Part shown: in pieces, positions 46,184-55,275 of the stretch
Numbering within the stretch: the first letter of the stretch is position 1
Layout: every line of letters starts with the position of its first letter
DNA from: Candidatus Dormiibacterota bacterium
GTDB lineage: Bacteria; Chloroflexota; Dormibacteria; Aeolococcales; Bog-877
Assembly (NCBI GenBank): GCA_027339635.1
Contig: DAHWNZ010000008.1
Span: 1,859 to 65,858, forward strand
DNA length: 64,000 bases
Reading direction: 5' to 3'
Notes under the pieces: model-generated
The model's input: only the letters and a program-made list of their open reading frames with translations
What the model was told of the DNA's origin: nothing
The model's database searches: none
Made by a program: the position numbers and the translations under genes

Positions 46184-47734
46184 TCAGCGGGCGGTTCGCA
46201 CCCGGACCAGCCCGTCGACCGGCTCTGCAGCAGCGGCTCTGCTCCCGCGGGAGAACCGGCCGACCTGCCTCATCACCGCCTCCAAGTCCGCGCTCGTGAA
46301 TGCGCTGCGACTGTGGCGTCGGAGCATGACCTTGAGGTTCTGACCCCATCTCGAGTCCAGGGGAAGGATGATGACTGAGGTCAGCTCCACGCTGGCGCGG
46401 GCCTGCGGCCGTCCGGAGACGGGTTGGGTCCAGAGGGCGGGCACCCCGGTGGCATCGGTTCTGCGGCAGAGGTCGCGTTCCTCGTGGCTCAGCTGGTATT
46501 CGGACTCCGGCAGGACCAGCAGCGGTCGCCCATTGGCTTCTACGATCGCAGCCAGTTGAGCCCGCCCGGCCTTGGCCAGCCTGGAGAGCAGCGGCTCCAG
46601 CCCGATGGGGGCAGGCAGTGAGCGGCGGCGGCGTCGAACCAGCTGCAGGCTGAGAGTGGCGTTGGCCGCCATGCCGACGACCGCCCCCAAGAGTCCGTCG
46701 AGGACCAGTGGCAAAGAGGTACCCAGGAGTCCCAGGAACACGACCAGCTGGGCCCCGCCCGCGACGATCGCCGCGGCCACATAGCGGCGCATGAGCGGGT
46801 ACCGTTCCCGCCGCGCGTCCGCGAAGGTTAGCTTCAGGTTGGCCTGGAAGTTCCAGGCCAACGAGGTAGTGAAGGCCAGACCCCAAGCGGCCAGTGCCGC
46901 CCAGTTGAGCACGACGCCGCAGAACTCCAGCACCCCTAGAAAGATCACCAGGCCACTCAGCCCAACCGCGGCGAACTTCCACCGCCGGGCGCTGCCGGGC
47001 ACGTCGCGGATGAGCGACCACAGGTGGCGAAGGTAGAGAAACCCCTGGGCGGCCGTCGCCTTGCTCTGGCCGGCGCCGCGAGCCTGGAAGGTGATCGGCA
47101 CATCGGCAACGGCAGCTCCCTCTGAGCAGACCAGCAGTTCCAGGAGGATCTTGAACCCGACCGGGCGGAATTCCAGACCCTGAAGTAGCTCGGTGCGGCA
47201 GAGGAAGAAGCCGGCCAGGGGGTCGGTGCTGGCGCGGGCTTCGGAGAACAGCGCCCGGGCGAGCATGGTGGCGGAACGCGAAACGAGTTTGCGCACGCCG
47301 CCTCCCAACCCCTGTCCGCTGCCGCCTGGCATGTAGCGGCTGGCGACCACGACATCCGCTCCGGAGCGCTCCTTGCGGAGGAGTTCGGGGATGGCCTCCG
47401 GGGGATGTTGGAGGTCCCCGTCCATGACGCAGACCAGGCGCCCGCGGGCCTGCTCCAAGCCCAGAACGACCGCCGTGCTGAGGCCCCCGGCACGCTCCTC
47501 TCGGCGGCGGTGCCAGTAGCGAACCCGGCCATCCCGGGAGGAGATCTCCTGGAGCAGGCTGGGGGTCTCGTCGTCGCTGTCGTCGACGAAGATGACCTCG
47601 AACGGGATCTCCGCCAGGGACTGGCGCAGACGCTGCAGCAGCAGTGGGAGGTTGCCGGCTTCGTTTCGTGTCGGAACCACCACTGAGAGCTCGAGCTGGC
47701 GGGGGGGTGGGCCCGGCTTGCGGCGTGCCATCAC
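46184..47734 (-). CDS. GT2 glycosyltransferase (polyprenol-phosphate sugar synthase-like) fused to a GtrA-like 4-TM domain and an uncharacterised C-terminal domain
   Basis: LSVVVPTRNE...VIFVDDSDDETP...VMDGDLQHPP (GT-A DxD), then four TM helices with an FxxNxxxTF-like motif, then about 150 soluble residues. Confidence 0.8.
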   Translation of the reverse strand: MMARRKPGPPPRQLELSVVVPTRNEAGNLPLLLQRLRQSLAEIPFEVIFVDDSDDETPSLLQEISSRDGRVRYWHRRREERAGGLSTAVVLGLEQARGRLVCVMDGDLQHPPEAIPELLRKERSGADVVVASRYMPGGSGQGLGGGVRKLVSRSATMLARALFSEARASTDPLAGFFLCRTELLQGLEFRPVGFKILLELLVCSEGAAVADVPITFQARGAGQSKATAAQGFLYLRHLWSLIRDVPGSARRWKFAAVGLSGLVIFLGVLEFCGVVLNWAALAAWGLAFTTSLAWNFQANLKLTFADARRERYPLMRRYVAAAIVAGGAQLVVFLGLLGTSLPLVLDGLLGAVVGMAANATLSLQLVRRRRRSLPAPIGLEPLLSRLAKAGRAQLAAIVEANGRPLLVLPESEYQLSHEERDLCRRTDATGVPALWTQPVSGRPQARASVELTSVIILPLDSRWGQNLKVMLRRHSRSAFTSADLEAVMRQVGRFSRGSRAAAAEPVDGLVRVRTAR

Positions 47735-47785
47735 GGGAAGTCTAGACGCGTTCCTGCCCGATCCCCGCTGCCGTCATGGAAACGT

Positions 47786-48040
47786 TCATGGACCTGGGGA
47801 GCTCGCGGTCAACTCGAGGAGGGAGCGCGGGTCGAATCGTCCCTCGGCCAGAACCCGTTCCCCCCACAGGAGGACGGGCACCCGCTCGTGGTACTGGGCC
47901 AAAAGGCCGGGATCCGAATCGATGTCGTAGACCAAGAGCTGGAGCCCGCGCTCTCTGACGAGCTCTCCCAGGGGGGCCGCGACCTGCTCGCAGAGGTGGC
48001 AGCCTCGGCGGGTCATCAGCTGGAGAGGCTCAGGCGGCAT
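47786..48040 (-). CDS. Glutaredoxin-like small protein (DUF836/Grx2 family)
   Basis: 84 aa, with a GCHLCE redox motif and VPVLL downstream. Confidence 0.7.
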   Translation of the reverse strand: MPPEPLQLMTRRGCHLCEQVAAPLGELVRERGLQLLVYDIDSDPGLLAQYHERVPVLLWGERVLAEGRFDPRSLLELTASSPGP

Positions 48041-48659
48041 CCGTTATGCCCCATCCATCCATGGTCTCCCGGTAGCGTCTGTGCCAGAGCCAGAAGCTGC
48101 CGCCGCAAGCGGCCCAGGCCACCTCCTCGAGAACGATTCCAGGAGAAGTTGAGAGCGCCAGGCGGCTGCCCGTGGCGGCGAGGACCAGGTAGACCGGCAG
48201 GCGGATCAAGGCGATTAGGACCAATCCCGTGACCAGGTCGACGACGGTGTCGATCCAGGCCCGCTCCCGCCGCAGTCTGGAGCGGAGCCCGGTCACTCCG
48301 GTTAGCTCACGGTGCGGCAGCCCAAAGGTAGGCTGAGGCGTTGCCCGTTGCAAAGACCGCCAGCCCATGAGGGCGAGTACCGCAGCGGCCAGGGGCGGGA
48401 CCAGCGCCTGCCAAGGATCTCCCAGGCGGAGGAAGTTCTGCCACCCGTCAAGCGCGGCGCCCGCCTGATAGCGACCGACGAACTCCCGCTGGAGGGCGAA
48501 GGACGCCATGGCAGCAGCCACGCCGACCAGGGCCACCGCGCCCCAGACGGCGGCCCGCAGGCGGTGTTTGGCAAGCTGATGAATGCAGCCCGCGACCGCT
48601 CGCGACACCACTTGGTCTTGGAGCTTCGAGTGGGCCTTGGGGGCGGATGTGGCTGCCAT
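48030..48659 (-). CDS. Hypothetical membrane protein (about 4 TM)
   Basis: An ORF with plausible composition and hydrophobic segments. It overlaps the downstream Grx-like gene by 11 nt. I recognise no family. Confidence 0.45.
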   Translation of the reverse strand: MAATSAPKAHSKLQDQVVSRAVAGCIHQLAKHRLRAAVWGAVALVGVAAAMASFALQREFVGRYQAGAALDGWQNFLRLGDPWQALVPPLAAAVLALMGWRSLQRATPQPTFGLPHRELTGVTGLRSRLRRERAWIDTVVDLVTGLVLIALIRLPVYLVLAATGSRLALSTSPGIVLEEVAWAACGGSFWLWHRRYRETMDGWGITDAA

Positions 48660-48793
48660 CGCCTTGGAGTGTAGACGCGCTCAGAAGGTTTGTGATCCGC
48701 GGCCCTCCACAGGGGCGTTCCGCTGAGGCAGATCCTCCTCGCCGCTGCTCGGCGCTCCTCACGTTGACCCCCGTTTGGGGCTCGTGGCTGAGG

Positions 48794-49624
48794 TCATGAG
48801 CGCGGCCAGCTTCCGTCGAGCATGGCGATGTAGCGTTCCGCTGACCGCAGCACCGCCGCCCTGGCGTCGTGGTCTATGACGTCGCCTGGGAAGCCACCGT
48901 AGAGGCGGTCGAACCGCAGGTCACGACAGCGATCCGCGATCCGCTGGACGTCCCCCGCCGGAAGTGGGACGCGGTTGGGATAGCTGTAGAGAAAGGTGAC
49001 GTGGCGGCGGTCGGCGACCACCGCCACCGTGTCGCCCGTGAGCAGAGCCCCTCTGCCGTCCGCGCCTCCCGGCCAATGGAGCACGGTCGAACCCTGGAAA
49101 TGGCCACCAAGGCGCAGGACGCTCAGGTCACCGGTCGCTGTCACCGCGTCCTCGTCGAAGTACTGGACCCGCGGATGCGGGCTAACGGCGTGCGCCCTGT
49201 CCGCGGCCGGGAGCAGCAGCGACGGTATCTCCAGCGCATCGATCCAGGCGCCGAACGCTCCATAGAAGTGAGGATGGCTGATCGCCATCCGCTGGACACC
49301 CCCCAGTTTGCCAAGGGCCGCCACCGTCTCCTCGTCGATCAGGCTAAGACAGTCCCAAAGCACGTTTCCCGCCGCGGTCCGGACCAGGAGTGCTCTTTGG
49401 CCGATCGCGAACCGGGGCTCCGTGACAATCTCAAACAGCCCTGGCTCGAGCTCGGTCAGCCGGTTGCGGAAGCCCGCGCTCAACTCCACCATGCTCGTCC
49501 ACCGTTGGCCGCCGGCCGGAATGTACTGACGCTCGTCCTGGCAGGTGGCACAGCCCTCCGGCGGCACTTTCGAGTCCGGATACTGGGTGCCGCACCCTCG
49601 GCAGATGAATTTGGTCACCGACAC
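48794..49624 (-). CDS. MBL-fold metallo-hydrolase with N-terminal zinc-ribbon
   Basis: CRGCG...CATC ribbon, then an ISHPHFYG (HxHxDH-like) motif. Confidence 0.7.
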   Translation of the reverse strand: MSVTKFICRGCGTQYPDSKVPPEGCATCQDERQYIPAGGQRWTSMVELSAGFRNRLTELEPGLFEIVTEPRFAIGQRALLVRTAAGNVLWDCLSLIDEETVAALGKLGGVQRMAISHPHFYGAFGAWIDALEIPSLLLPAADRAHAVSPHPRVQYFDEDAVTATGDLSVLRLGGHFQGSTVLHWPGGADGRGALLTGDTVAVVADRRHVTFLYSYPNRVPLPAGDVQRIADRCRDLRFDRLYGGFPGDVIDHDARAAVLRSAERYIAMLDGSWPRS

Positions 49625-49691
49625 TCCTCCGCAGGTCGCTCAGGGTCGGGGTCTGCCGGAAGCGGCGGACAGCAGGGACCGCGGCCGAACC

Positions 49692-50534
49692 TCAACGCCG
49701 GGGCGGGCCCAGACGCACCACCCGGTCGACATCGCCGGGCTCCACCGGCTCCGGGGGGATGCCGTCCAACAACCATGTGACGCCCGCCTCCGCAAGCCTT
49801 CCCAGGTCCGCATCGCGTGGTCGCGCGGCAGGCGCCAAGTCTGCCTGGCGGGTCACGACCAGGTCGTATTCGGGCCCTACACCGCGGGACTTGAGCTCCC
49901 GCTGAATCGCCAGCAGGTCGGCTTGGGCGGGGGCCAGGCGCGGATCTTCCTGGCGGAATATGGGGAAGAACCCCTGGACCCTGGTGGCCCGCTCCAGGGG
50001 CCGTCGCCGGGGCCAGCGCCCCGCAGCCCAAATCGGCAACGGAGTCTGCCAGGGTCTGGGCAGGAAGGGATCGGTCGTGACCGCATGGAAATCTCCCCGG
50101 TAGGAGACGGCGTCGCCGCCCAGCAGCAGGCGAAGAATTTCCAGAGACTCGTCCAGACGCAAACCGCGCTCACGCGGATCCGTCACCTCCCCGAAGGAGC
50201 TGAACTCCATCCATCCGTCGTCACCCAGCCCGACCCCGAGCGTCAAGCGGCCCTTCGACAAGAGGTCCAGCGCCGTCGCCTGGCGGGCCATGACCCAGGG
50301 GCGGCGCCGACTCAACGGGGTGACCATCGCTCCCAGCCTCAGGCTCTCGGTCGAGCAGGCCATGGCGGCCATGGTCACCCAGGGGTCCAGGAGCGGGGTC
50401 CCAGGGCCGGCCAGCATGTGGTCCCAAAGGAAGAACCCATCCCAACCCGCGGCCTCGGCCGCGGTCGCGAGCGACGCGATCCGGCCGGGGTCGGCCAGGT
50501 GATGGAAGGGAGGGACAAAGAGGCCAAAGCGCAT
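49692..50534 (-). CDS. Luciferase-like monooxygenase (LLM) family oxidoreductase, possibly F420-dependent
   Basis: MRFGLFVPP...AAGWDGFFLWDHM...GRLTLGVGLG, the typical LLM pattern. The start was moved to the ATG at 50534. Confidence 0.7.
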   Translation of the reverse strand: MRFGLFVPPFHHLADPGRIASLATAAEAAGWDGFFLWDHMLAGPGTPLLDPWVTMAAMACSTESLRLGAMVTPLSRRRPWVMARQATALDLLSKGRLTLGVGLGDDGWMEFSSFGEVTDPRERGLRLDESLEILRLLLGGDAVSYRGDFHAVTTDPFLPRPWQTPLPIWAAGRWPRRRPLERATRVQGFFPIFRQEDPRLAPAQADLLAIQRELKSRGVGPEYDLVVTRQADLAPAARPRDADLGRLAEAGVTWLLDGIPPEPVEPGDVDRVVRLGPPRR

Positions 50535-50619
50535 TCTCACAAGGATGACGGATCCACCCGTACCAAGGCTGCGGTGGGCCCCGTGGGAGCGGGCATCCAC
50601 GCCCGACTAGACTCGAAAC

Positions 50620-51645
50620 ATGTGTGGCGCACAGTCGACAAGAACCGTGCCGGAGCGCAAATTGCGCGTCGCCACCTACAACATCCTGGCTGGGGGGGGT
50701 GAGCGCTGGGGGGCGATCCAGGCCGTGGTCGAGGCCCTCAACCCGGATGTGATCGCCCTCCAGGAGATTGAGGACCCGCAGCCGATGCGCCGCATGGGAG
50801 AGCGCCTGGACTATCAGGTGATCTTCGGAGAGGCACCGCGCTACCGACACCAGGGGGTTCTCTCCAGGTTGCCGATCAGCAGTTGGGTGAATCATCAGGA
50901 TCCCCTGGCGTGGCCGCGGAATTCTATAGAGGTGGAGATCGATCTGGGGGCTGGCTCTGTGATCCAAAGCCTGCATCTGCACACCGTGCACCTGACGGCC
51001 GCCTTCCAGCGACGGGGCCGAGCGGAACCGGACCGGGTTCGTGAGCTCACGGCCGTCCGGCGCCATGCTGGTGCCGGGCAGGCGACGCCCCACCTGGTTC
51101 TCGGGGACTTCAACTCGCTGGCCCCGGGCGATGCCATCCGGGCAACCGGCTTTCTGGGCCAACTTTCCGAGTGGCGCAAGAGCGGTGTACTGGAGGAGGT
51201 TGGGGCCCTCAGCTCGGTGCCACCCAGTGTCAAGGCGATGCGCTGGTGGCGCGGATCCGATCCCGAGGCCGCTGAGATCTCTGAGGTGGCGCGCTCTGGG
51301 ATTCCCAGACTTCCCTGGCTGGTGCATCCTCTGATCGAACTGGTGCCACGGGGCGAGACCACCGACGCCCTGGTCGGTGCCCTGATGCCCCGGGCCGCGG
51401 TGCGCAGCATGCTGGATGCCGGTTACGTCGATTGCCTTCGCCAAATTCACCCGCGCGCCGACAGCTTCACCTGCCCCACCTACCAGCCCGCGGTCCGGAT
51501 CGACTACGTGTTTGCCACGGCCGCCATGGCGGCCCTCCTGGTCAACTGTTTTGTGGCGGCTCAATCCGGTGCCCTAAGAGAGCTTGCCATGCGTGCCAGC
51601 GACCACTTCCCGGTGGTGGCCGACTTCGATCTGAGCCCGGCCTGA
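50620..51645 (+). CDS. Endonuclease/exonuclease/phosphatase (EEP) family protein
   Basis: LRVATYNILAGG...IALQEI...LGDFNS...SDHFPVVADF motifs. Confidence 0.8.
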   Translation: MCGAQSTRTVPERKLRVATYNILAGGGERWGAIQAVVEALNPDVIALQEIEDPQPMRRMGERLDYQVIFGEAPRYRHQGVLSRLPISSWVNHQDPLAWPRNSIEVEIDLGAGSVIQSLHLHTVHLTAAFQRRGRAEPDRVRELTAVRRHAGAGQATPHLVLGDFNSLAPGDAIRATGFLGQLSEWRKSGVLEEVGALSSVPPSVKAMRWWRGSDPEAAEISEVARSGIPRLPWLVHPLIELVPRGETTDALVGALMPRAAVRSMLDAGYVDCLRQIHPRADSFTCPTYQPAVRIDYVFATAAMAALLVNCFVAAQSGALRELAMRASDHFPVVADFDLSPA

Positions 51646-51785
51646 AGGCATCGCTCGAGCTTGGCGCGGGCCTCATCTGTCAGTAGGGCCTGGCGGAGGA
51701 GGCAAACCAGCGGCGACCTCCCACCCGTTGGGCGGCGGGCGTTCGGGTTACCACGAGCTACCCCCGTGCCAGGCGACCTACCGCG

Positions 51786-52724
51786 GTGCCCAAGTCGGCG
51801 GGGCCGCCACCGCCGGATGCTCGTACCGCCCGCCCATATACTCGAGGTGTGAGCAGTGCAGCCGAGAGTGGTGGTATCGCCCAGGCCGAGTACGCCATCC
51901 TAGGTGGCTCCGGCACCGGCACTCAGGGGTCGCCGGAGATGGATCCGCGGGTGGAGGTCATGCGCCGGGAGGAGGTCTTTCAGACGCCCTTCGGCCCGAC
52001 GCCAGCGCTGACGCTATTTCGCGTGCCGGATGAGGCGGGAAATACCCACTCGGTGATGTTCGCCCGGCCCCACGAGTCGCAGCCGGGAACGGCCAGGGGC
52101 CAGCACAGCCTGGCCCTGTTCTGGACCTTCCAGCGAGCCGGGGTCCGTCGCATCGTGGCGGAGAGCGGGGCGGCCAGCATCACCCAGCACTTCCACCCCC
52201 GTGATCTGATCATTCCGCACGACTTCATCGACTTCACCCGTCAGCACGGGGGGCAGCTCGTGCCCGGCGCCATGGTCTCCATGCGCGAGCCGTTCTGCCC
52301 CGACATCCGTGAAGCGCTGTGGCAGCGGTCACGGAAGTTCGCCGCCGACAAGGCGACCCGGGTTTTCAACCGCGCCGTGCACGCGGCCGTGGAGGGCCCC
52401 CGCCTGGAGACTGCGGCCGAGGTGGCGGCGCTGGCCCGCATGGGGGGTGACATCATCAGCCAGACGGTCACCCCGGAGGTCTACCTCGCCCGGGAGATCG
52501 GGGCCTGCTTCGCCACGGTGGAGATGGTCCTCAACTACGCCGAGGGCGTCCGGCCGGAGTGGGACTTCGAGTTGCTGCGGGCGATCGTGCGCGAGGGCGC
52601 GGAGGAATTGGGAGCCGTCGCCCTCGACGCCCTGGTTGCTCTGCCAGGCGTTCCCACCTGCACCTGTGCCAGCCTGCGGGAGCCCGTGGGGCGCGGCGAG
52701 TCGGCCGCAGCGCTGGTTTCGTGA
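51786..52724 (+). CDS. MTAP-family (trimeric PNP fold) nucleoside phosphorylase, divergent
   Basis: YAILGGSG..., PHDFIDFT, EGPRLETAAE, MGGDIISQTVTPEVYLAREIGACFATVEMV, collinear with MTAP. The start is uncertain (GTG 51786 or GTG 51849). The stop overlaps the menG start (GTGA). Confidence 0.7.
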   Translation: MPKSAGPPPPDARTARPYTRGVSSAAESGGIAQAEYAILGGSGTGTQGSPEMDPRVEVMRREEVFQTPFGPTPALTLFRVPDEAGNTHSVMFARPHESQPGTARGQHSLALFWTFQRAGVRRIVAESGAASITQHFHPRDLIIPHDFIDFTRQHGGQLVPGAMVSMREPFCPDIREALWQRSRKFAADKATRVFNRAVHAAVEGPRLETAAEVAALARMGGDIISQTVTPEVYLAREIGACFATVEMVLNYAEGVRPEWDFELLRAIVREGAEELGAVALDALVALPGVPTCTCASLREPVGRGESAAALVS

Positions 52725-53470
52725 GGGAGCGGTCAACCATCGGGGGAGAGCGGGACACGACGCCCCCGCTGCCGACGGCGGGTCATCCTGAGCCTGACGC
52801 GGTGCGCTCCATGTTCTCCGGCATAGCCGGTCGTTACGACCTGCTGAACCTGCTGCTGAGCGGGACCCAGGACCGCCGCTGGCGCCGCCGCGCGGCGCAG
52901 CTGACCAGGGCCAGGCCCGGGGACAGGGCTCTCGACGTCTGCTGCGGCACGGGCGCTCTGTCCGCGCTCCTCCGCAAGCGAGTTGGGCCAAAGGGGGCGG
53001 TGGCCGGAATCGACCTGACAGAGGCCATGATCAGCGCGGCCATCGCGAAGGTTCCAGGGGTCGACTTCCAAGTCGGGGATGCGTGCTCGCTGCCCTTCCC
53101 GGAGGGGTCCTTCGAGGTGGCGACGATGTCCTTCGGCCTTCGCAACATCGATCGCCACGATCTGGCCCTCGCCGAACTGTGCCGAGTTCTTCGCCCAGGT
53201 GGGCGCGCGGTGGTCTTGGAGTTCAGCACCGAGGCGGCCCTGATAAGCCCTCTCTACCGCCTCTACAACCGCGTGGTGATTCCGCGCATCGCGACCATGC
53301 TCCTGGGCCGGGCGGGCGCCTATCAATACCTCACAGAGTCGATTGCAGCCTTTCCCCCTCCTCTGGTGGTGTCGCGATGGCTCCGGGAGGCGGGCTTCGA
53401 GCGGGTCCGTTACCAGAGGATGAGCTTCGGGATCGTCGCGCTGCACGTGGGTGTGAAGCCGCGCAGCTGA
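52721..53470 (+). CDS. ubiE: Demethylmenaquinone/ubiquinone C-methyltransferase
   Basis: FSGIAGRYDLLNLLLSGTQDRRWRR, LDVCCGTG, FGLRNI, RVLRPGG..VLEFS and AYQYLTESI are the canonical UbiE/MenG motifs. Confidence 0.88.
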   Translation: MRERSTIGGERDTTPPLPTAGHPEPDAVRSMFSGIAGRYDLLNLLLSGTQDRRWRRRAAQLTRARPGDRALDVCCGTGALSALLRKRVGPKGAVAGIDLTEAMISAAIAKVPGVDFQVGDACSLPFPEGSFEVATMSFGLRNIDRHDLALAELCRVLRPGGRAVVLEFSTEAALISPLYRLYNRVVIPRIATMLLGRAGAYQYLTESIAAFPPPLVVSRWLREAGFERVRYQRMSFGIVALHVGVKPRS

Positions 53471-53564
53471 TCGTGGCAGGCCCCTGTTGCTCGCCCGCCA
53501 ACTGGATCGCGCCCGATTGACCGTCGATGGGATCGGCAGCCTGGGTTAGAGTTTAGGCCAAGCG

Positions 53565-55274
53565 TTGGGGAGCGCGCGGTTCAGGCTTTCTGGGAGGCTG
53601 CAAGGGTTGATTCGCACGCTTGTTCTCGCCGGCTCACGCAGTGGGCCAACGCTCGAGCCCTGGCTCAACTATCTTGCCCGTACCGGTCAGGTGGCCGTGG
53701 AACTGGTCTCCGACACCAGTCCCCTGGCTCACCTCGATGGCTTCGACGTGGTAGTGGCGCACGCCCCCGGGGGACCGCTGGGACCGGCCGAGGAGGCGTC
53801 CCTGTGCCGGTTCGTGGCCGGAGGAGGCGGATTCGTCGGACTGCACTGCACCAACCACCACTGGGCAGGTGGTAGCAGCTACAGAGCCATGATGGGCGGG
53901 CGCCCGAACGGCAGCACGCCGCTTGGGGAGCTGGTGGTCGACGTGGCCGCAGGGGGCCATGCGGTCACGCGAAGGGTGGGGGGCCGGTTCACGGTCTGGG
54001 ATTCATGCTTCGGTGAGCCGGAGCTCGCCGGCGATGCGGAGGTGCTTCTCACCACCACCTGGCGATCTCAGGTTGTCCCAGTGGCCTACGCCAGGAGCCA
54101 CGGCTCCGGCCGGGTCTTTCACTGCGGCCTCGGGGAATCAGCCGCCACCTTTGGTTCCGAGGCGGTGCAGGGGATCCTCTATCGGGCGTTGCGTCACGTG
54201 ACGGGACTTCAGGAGGAATCCGTGGTCGGTGTCGGCTTGGTCGGGTACGGAGCCATCGCCCCTGAGCACACCAGGGCTATCGCAGCGGTCCCGGGACTCA
54301 GTTTGGCCGCCGTCTGTGACAGGGACCCGCTGCGCCTGCAGGAAGCGGCGCGGGACGGGGACGTCCCTCTCTTGACGGGGGACGCCGACGAGCTGCTGGC
54401 CTCTCCCGACGTCGGCATGGTGGTGATCTCCACCCCACCGATCACCCACGCACCCCTGGCGCTCAGGGCGCTGCGCGCGGGCAAGCACGTGGTGGTGGAA
54501 AAGCCGTTCTGCATGAGGGCTGCCGAGGCCGACGAGCTGCTGGAGGCCCGGTCCGCCTCGGGAAAGGTGCTCACGGTTTACCAGAACCGCCGCTGGGACC
54601 CCGATTTTCTGGCGCTGCAGCGGATCTTTCGCGACGATGTGCTGGGCGAGGTTTTTCACATCGAGGCCTTCGTCGGCGGATTCGACCATCCCTGCCACTT
54701 CTGGCACTCAGATTCCCGGGTCAGTGGCGGCGTTGTCTTCGACTGGGGTGCACACTACCTGGATTGGATTCTCCAACTCCTGCCATTCCCGGTGGTGCGA
54801 GTTGACGCGTCTCGCCAGAAGCGTGTCTGGCACGATGTTTCCAACGACGACCAGTTCGAGATCCGGTTGACCTTCGAGAACGGTGCCGAGGTGTCGTTTC
54901 TGCATTCAGACATAGCTGCCGCGCGCAAGCCGAAGTGGTACGTCCTGGGTACCAGGGCGGCCGTGGTGGGCCACTGGCGCGAGGCGACCCTCTCCGCCAG
55001 AGGTCCCAATGGAGTCGTCGAGGAGCATCTTCCGGTGGCCGACCTCCCCTGTGAACTCCACATCATGCGACCCGCCGGCGATGGTTTGGTCAGCGACGAG
55101 CGGATCGCCCTCGGCGCGTCGCCGCAGGCCGCGTTCTATCGCAACCTGGCCGGGCATGTGCTGGCCCAGGAGCCGCTGGCGGTGACCCCGGAGTCGGCGC
55201 GCCGAAACATACAGGTCATGGAGGAGGCCCTGGCCGCGGCCGACTCGGGCCAGCCTCGCTCGGTTCGAATTTAG
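53565..55274 (+). CDS. ThuA-like domain fused to a Gfo/Idh/MocA-family oxidoreductase
   Basis: The N-terminal ~210 aa carry GGGFVGLHC and the ThuA pattern. The C-terminal part has VGLVGYGAI Rossmann, EKPF and a dimerisation domain. The TTG start is uncertain. Confidence 0.7.
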   Translation: MGSARFRLSGRLQGLIRTLVLAGSRSGPTLEPWLNYLARTGQVAVELVSDTSPLAHLDGFDVVVAHAPGGPLGPAEEASLCRFVAGGGGFVGLHCTNHHWAGGSSYRAMMGGRPNGSTPLGELVVDVAAGGHAVTRRVGGRFTVWDSCFGEPELAGDAEVLLTTTWRSQVVPVAYARSHGSGRVFHCGLGESAATFGSEAVQGILYRALRHVTGLQEESVVGVGLVGYGAIAPEHTRAIAAVPGLSLAAVCDRDPLRLQEAARDGDVPLLTGDADELLASPDVGMVVISTPPITHAPLALRALRAGKHVVVEKPFCMRAAEADELLEARSASGKVLTVYQNRRWDPDFLALQRIFRDDVLGEVFHIEAFVGGFDHPCHFWHSDSRVSGGVVFDWGAHYLDWILQLLPFPVVRVDASRQKRVWHDVSNDDQFEIRLTFENGAEVSFLHSDIAAARKPKWYVLGTRAAVVGHWREATLSARGPNGVVEEHLPVADLPCELHIMRPAGDGLVSDERIALGASPQAAFYRNLAGHVLAQEPLAVTPESARRNIQVMEEALAAADSGQPRSVRI

Positions 55275-55275
55275 C

